Source of the DNA: Yuukianura sp. NJ FZ-2021
Taxonomy: Eukaryota
Direction: 5' to 3'
DNA length: 64,000 nt
Assembly: GCA_046563655.1 (NCBI GenBank)
Contig: CM102290.1
Span: forward strand, 9,982,001-10,046,000
Position 1 is the first letter of the stretch. Each line of letters begins with the position of its first letter. Below the pieces are notes generated by a model. It was given only the letters and a program-made list of their open reading frames with translations. It was not told where the DNA came from and searched no databases. The position numbers and the translations under genes are program-made. Below are positions 60,701 through 64,000 of this stretch, piece after piece.

Positions 60701-63700
60701 ATTATTTTGTTTCCGTAACTCAAATTGTGAAACTTTCGTTAACTCTTATGATGGATTTTTTGCAAATCGTGTAATTTCACTGGTTTTCGGTTTTCCCTCC
60801 ACAGTTGCGAAATTACGCAATTTGGGGTGAAATGTTGTAGCTGGCGCGCACTACATAACTTATGATTTAGTAGCAGTTGGGTTGAAGCGTGCAAATTGAA
60901 ATTGTTGAGTGGGAACCTGGCTTAACATATTTTAGTCTGGAATTGTGTTATGAAAGCTAAAGAAAAGTTGACGTAACTTAAATTGATTTTTGCTTAAATT
61001 GACAGTTACACAAAGTGTAAACCTGGCTTAACTTATTTTCAGTTGAAATGTGTGGCGAGGGCAAACAAAGTTGACGTAAAATTTAAATTGTGTGATTTTT
61101 TGTTTTCGAATATTAGAAAATTGGCGTTTACAATAGAAAAATGGTTGAAAAGTTTGCTTAACTCTTAAAGTTGTATGAGAGTGAGTAAAATCTGTTGATC
61201 TTAAATAACTAAAGCACAATCACTTTCTCTGACAGTTGACATTCTGACTCTGTTTAGACAACGAAATGACTTGGAAAATGGGTGCGCATGACAGGAGACA
61301 GGAGTTGTGTCGAGGTGATGTCAATTGTCACACCTAAGGAGGGAGTAACTACTCATAAATCAGCACCAAACATTAACTTAACAAACTTTTCAAGAGTCCA
61401 CTTTACCCAAAACTTCCTGGAGGGCTACCCATCAACACTTCATTCGTGCAACAAAGCCACCCAGGAGATGGCTACTACAAAAAAAAAGTAAAGCCACACT
61501 CTTAATGTTTCCGCAAACCAAGAAATCAAAATCCACTTACGCAAATTTACTGCAAAATCCAGCCATCAATTTTCAAAAACTCAAAATCCAAAAGCTCAAA
61601 TTACACAAACATTTCCCAGCTTCCCAGCTGGTCCATGTCCTATTCTCAGCTTCTTTCGATTAGCTCAGTGCCAAACTTAGAATGGCTTTTATTTTATTTT
61701 TTCAAGAAGAAAAAATTTGAAAAACATTAAAAATTAACAACAATACTTTCTTCTTGTAGTTTTCTATTCGTTTTTTAAAGTTCTGTTTTTTTATGATAAA
61801 TTGAAAGCTGTTTCAAAAACACACTGTGTAGATAATATGGATTTCAAAAGTCACAAGTTTTACACCGTGTAAAAACTTTTTGGAAACACAGGTCCGCAAG
61901 GAACGGCATGAAAAAAAGCAAACTTCGAAGAAATAAACGAAACTGCACAAGGAAAAGTTGTTGTGGGAGTCGGTTTCAAACTAAACTAAAACAGTTGTGA
62001 GGATAAAAAATTGAATACATTTGACTGTATCAGGATGCAAAACTTTTAAAATTATACAAAGTGAACAATTGTGACGATTCCCAAATTAGGTCGGGAAATC
62101 GTGAGAATTTGCTCAAATTTCGAAAATTTCCACCAACGTGCAAAATCTAGTTCAAAGCAAGAAAAACTTAACACGATCACAACACGCACTGTTTACTCTA
62201 ATTTCACCATTACACGGAGTCACAAATCAATAGAAACATTTTCTCAGGCAGAAAATATACAAACTTTCTCCTCAAAGCCAAATGTTTTCTCGCTCTCAAG
62301 ATCCCATTATTGGGCGGCTCTAAACCTAACAAAAACCAGTACTCAACCTAACTAATCAAAAAGTTAACCCGTCTAAAAATAAATAGCATTGTTTCTGAAA
62401 TGCCTGGCCCAGTGCAGATAAAACATTTCAAATTACGATTGTGGTGTAATTTTCAAAAACATATTAAAATTAGGTTTTAGGTTTCCTATATTTCCAACTT
62501 TCACAAACAAAAGTTTTCAGTCTTCTTTGCTTTTGAGTGAAATATATTTTTATCATTTGTACCGAGACTGTCTGAAAAGTCAATTTACCCCTCCCCTTAC
62601 AACTTATCTAAATTTAAAAAAAAATCAAAATTTTGAACGTACCTTCTGAAGTCTCTGCTCCAACAAGCATAAATGACAGGGTTCATTCCTAAAATGAAAT
62701 ATTATATAAATTTTAAAACAGATATATAAAAATTGTGGTGGGATTTATTTTTTGTTGAGCCCCACCAACCAAAAATTCCTTAATTTGATTTGACATTTTT
62801 GTCCCACCTGAGTTGATCCACCCCAGCCACGTAACGATGTCTGTCACAAGCTCCGCCTTATTGAGACACGTCGAACAAAAGCCCGACAGAAGATTGGTGA
62901 CAAAGAAAGGCAACCCAGAAGGAAATGAAACAGTTAGGGAAACGTTCTCGTCCAGGACACGACTTTTCCAGAAACTTGGAAAATTTTCAAAAAAATAAAA
63001 ACCGAAAACCGAAAAAGAAAAAAAAAGCGAAAAGAAAGAAGGTCAGACACAAATATGTTATTAAAGTACGCTCCCCACTCGTATTTCTATCCACGCTCTT
63101 CAAAAGAAGTAGAGGTAAAGGTCATGGGGGCGGGATAAATTGAAAATTAGGAAACCGGTGTAGTATCCCATCATCATTCTGACAGCGTCACCACCACAGA
63201 ATTTGGCCAAGCAAAAAGAAGGAACCGGCGAGAGACGGCTCTTCTTCCGCTCTCATTTCGGTGGTGAATGAATTATGGTAATGCCCCACCACTGGACCCA
63301 CCACTCTGTCCGGTTCCAAAACCCAATCACATGGAAATTTCCGTCTTGCCCACTTTCCTGCGTGTCCATTTCACAATATAAACCAATCATAAAGCCTTTA
63401 AGTCTACGCGCGGGGAAAGTCATGCAACAAAAACCGGACTCTCCGACTGTTAGAATGTTTAGATTCTATGTTTCATTACTGAAAAGTTAAAATGTGTTGT
63501 TTAGATTTTTATGCGTTTAATTATTATAGCGTTTAAATGTTAACGTTTTTTCCAAGTCTCTCCCTGCTTTTCGTGTCCTCGACGTGAACATTTGCGTTCG
63601 TGACGCCGTGAGCCACAAATTCTGACCAACAAACAATGAAGACGCCCATGACGATCCCGAGTGTCTTGGCAGCTTTTTTCTCTTTTGCAAATTTAGCCAA

Positions 63701-64000
63701 CTTGCGACTAATAGAAAAGTTTTTAAGGTTTTTGGGAACGACACGGACGGAGTTGGTTCTTGGGGAAGCTCCGTTGTCTCCTGATGCCCCCTCCTGACTA
63801 CCCCCGAGCAGTGAGATCTGACCAATTTCCGACTCTTCTGCCGAATTCTGACGACCCCCTGAAGGAACCCTACTCTGATTCGACTGGGATCTCGGAATTT
63901 CTGCTTGTGGTGGAGCAGTAGCCCCGCCGCCACGATGAATTCTTAGCGTCAGTTCGACGTCTCCGTCAGTACAGAGTTTGGAACCTAGTTTGAGACTGCG
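54725..64000 (-). CDS. Dop1R2: Invertebrate-type dopamine receptor Dop1R2/DAMB-like GPCR, ICL3 to C-tail; 5' part outside the window; terminal exon uncertain
   Basis: Exon >64000-63627 encodes RSLKLG...LTLRIHRGG...[32 protein letters not shown]. Exon 62914-62808 encodes [14 protein letters not shown]...VTWLGWINS. Exon 62688-62643 encodes [15 protein letters not shown]. Exon 58900-58804 encodes [12 protein letters not shown]...TQ. The last exon (54790-54725) is a candidate only. Confidence 0.92.
54943..57078. repeat. Tandem array, 318-bp period, about 6.7 near-identical units, carrying a 32-bp perfect palindrome and a long imperfect inverted repeat
   Basis: CCATGGACTATAGTCCATGG starts at 55316, 55634, 55952, 56270, 56588 and 56906, exactly 318 bp apart. 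Confidence 0.98.
60914..61102. repeat. Diverged two-copy tandem duplication (about 106 bp) in a Dop1R2 intron
   Basis: aacctggcttaac..tatttt...aaagttgacgtaa..ttaaattg..gattttt occurs twice, starting near 60914 and 61020. Confidence 0.6.

Noticed and set aside
63517..63933. 138-aa minus-strand ORF in the track
   Set aside because: Alternative frame over the Dop1R2 exon; the real frame gives [14 protein letters not shown].

Overview
Compact, AT-rich, intron-dense eukaryotic DNA, most likely an arthropod (Dop1R2-type receptor, hts-like adducin, typical introns about 55-100 nt). I reconstructed 13 spliced genes by hand. In order: 3' end of Set1 (+), MED21 (-), clathrin heavy chain (+), C1QBP/p32 (-), a HECT-less G2E3/PHF7-like gene (-), an orphan 503-aa RING-H2 gene (-), a Not homeobox gene (-), ATG101 (+), Sufu (+), DPYD (-), CCDC186 (-), adducin (+) and the 3' half of a Dop1R2-type dopamine receptor (-). 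A 318-bp palindrome-bearing tandem array lies at about 54.9-57.1 kb, and a related solo monomer lies in a DPYD intron. Highlights: (1) the orphan RING-H2 protein has an oversized RING loop and a C-terminus resembling an HP1 chromo-shadow domain; (2) the Dop1R2 TM6 intron needs a non-canonical GT-GG junction, while the other coding introns I traced are GT-AG; (3) paired AGGTCA nuclear-receptor elements (DR1/IR1) look enriched; (4) several genes map to one ancient linkage group in vertebrates. No tRNA, rRNA or CRISPR array was recognised. All calls were made by eye, without database searches.
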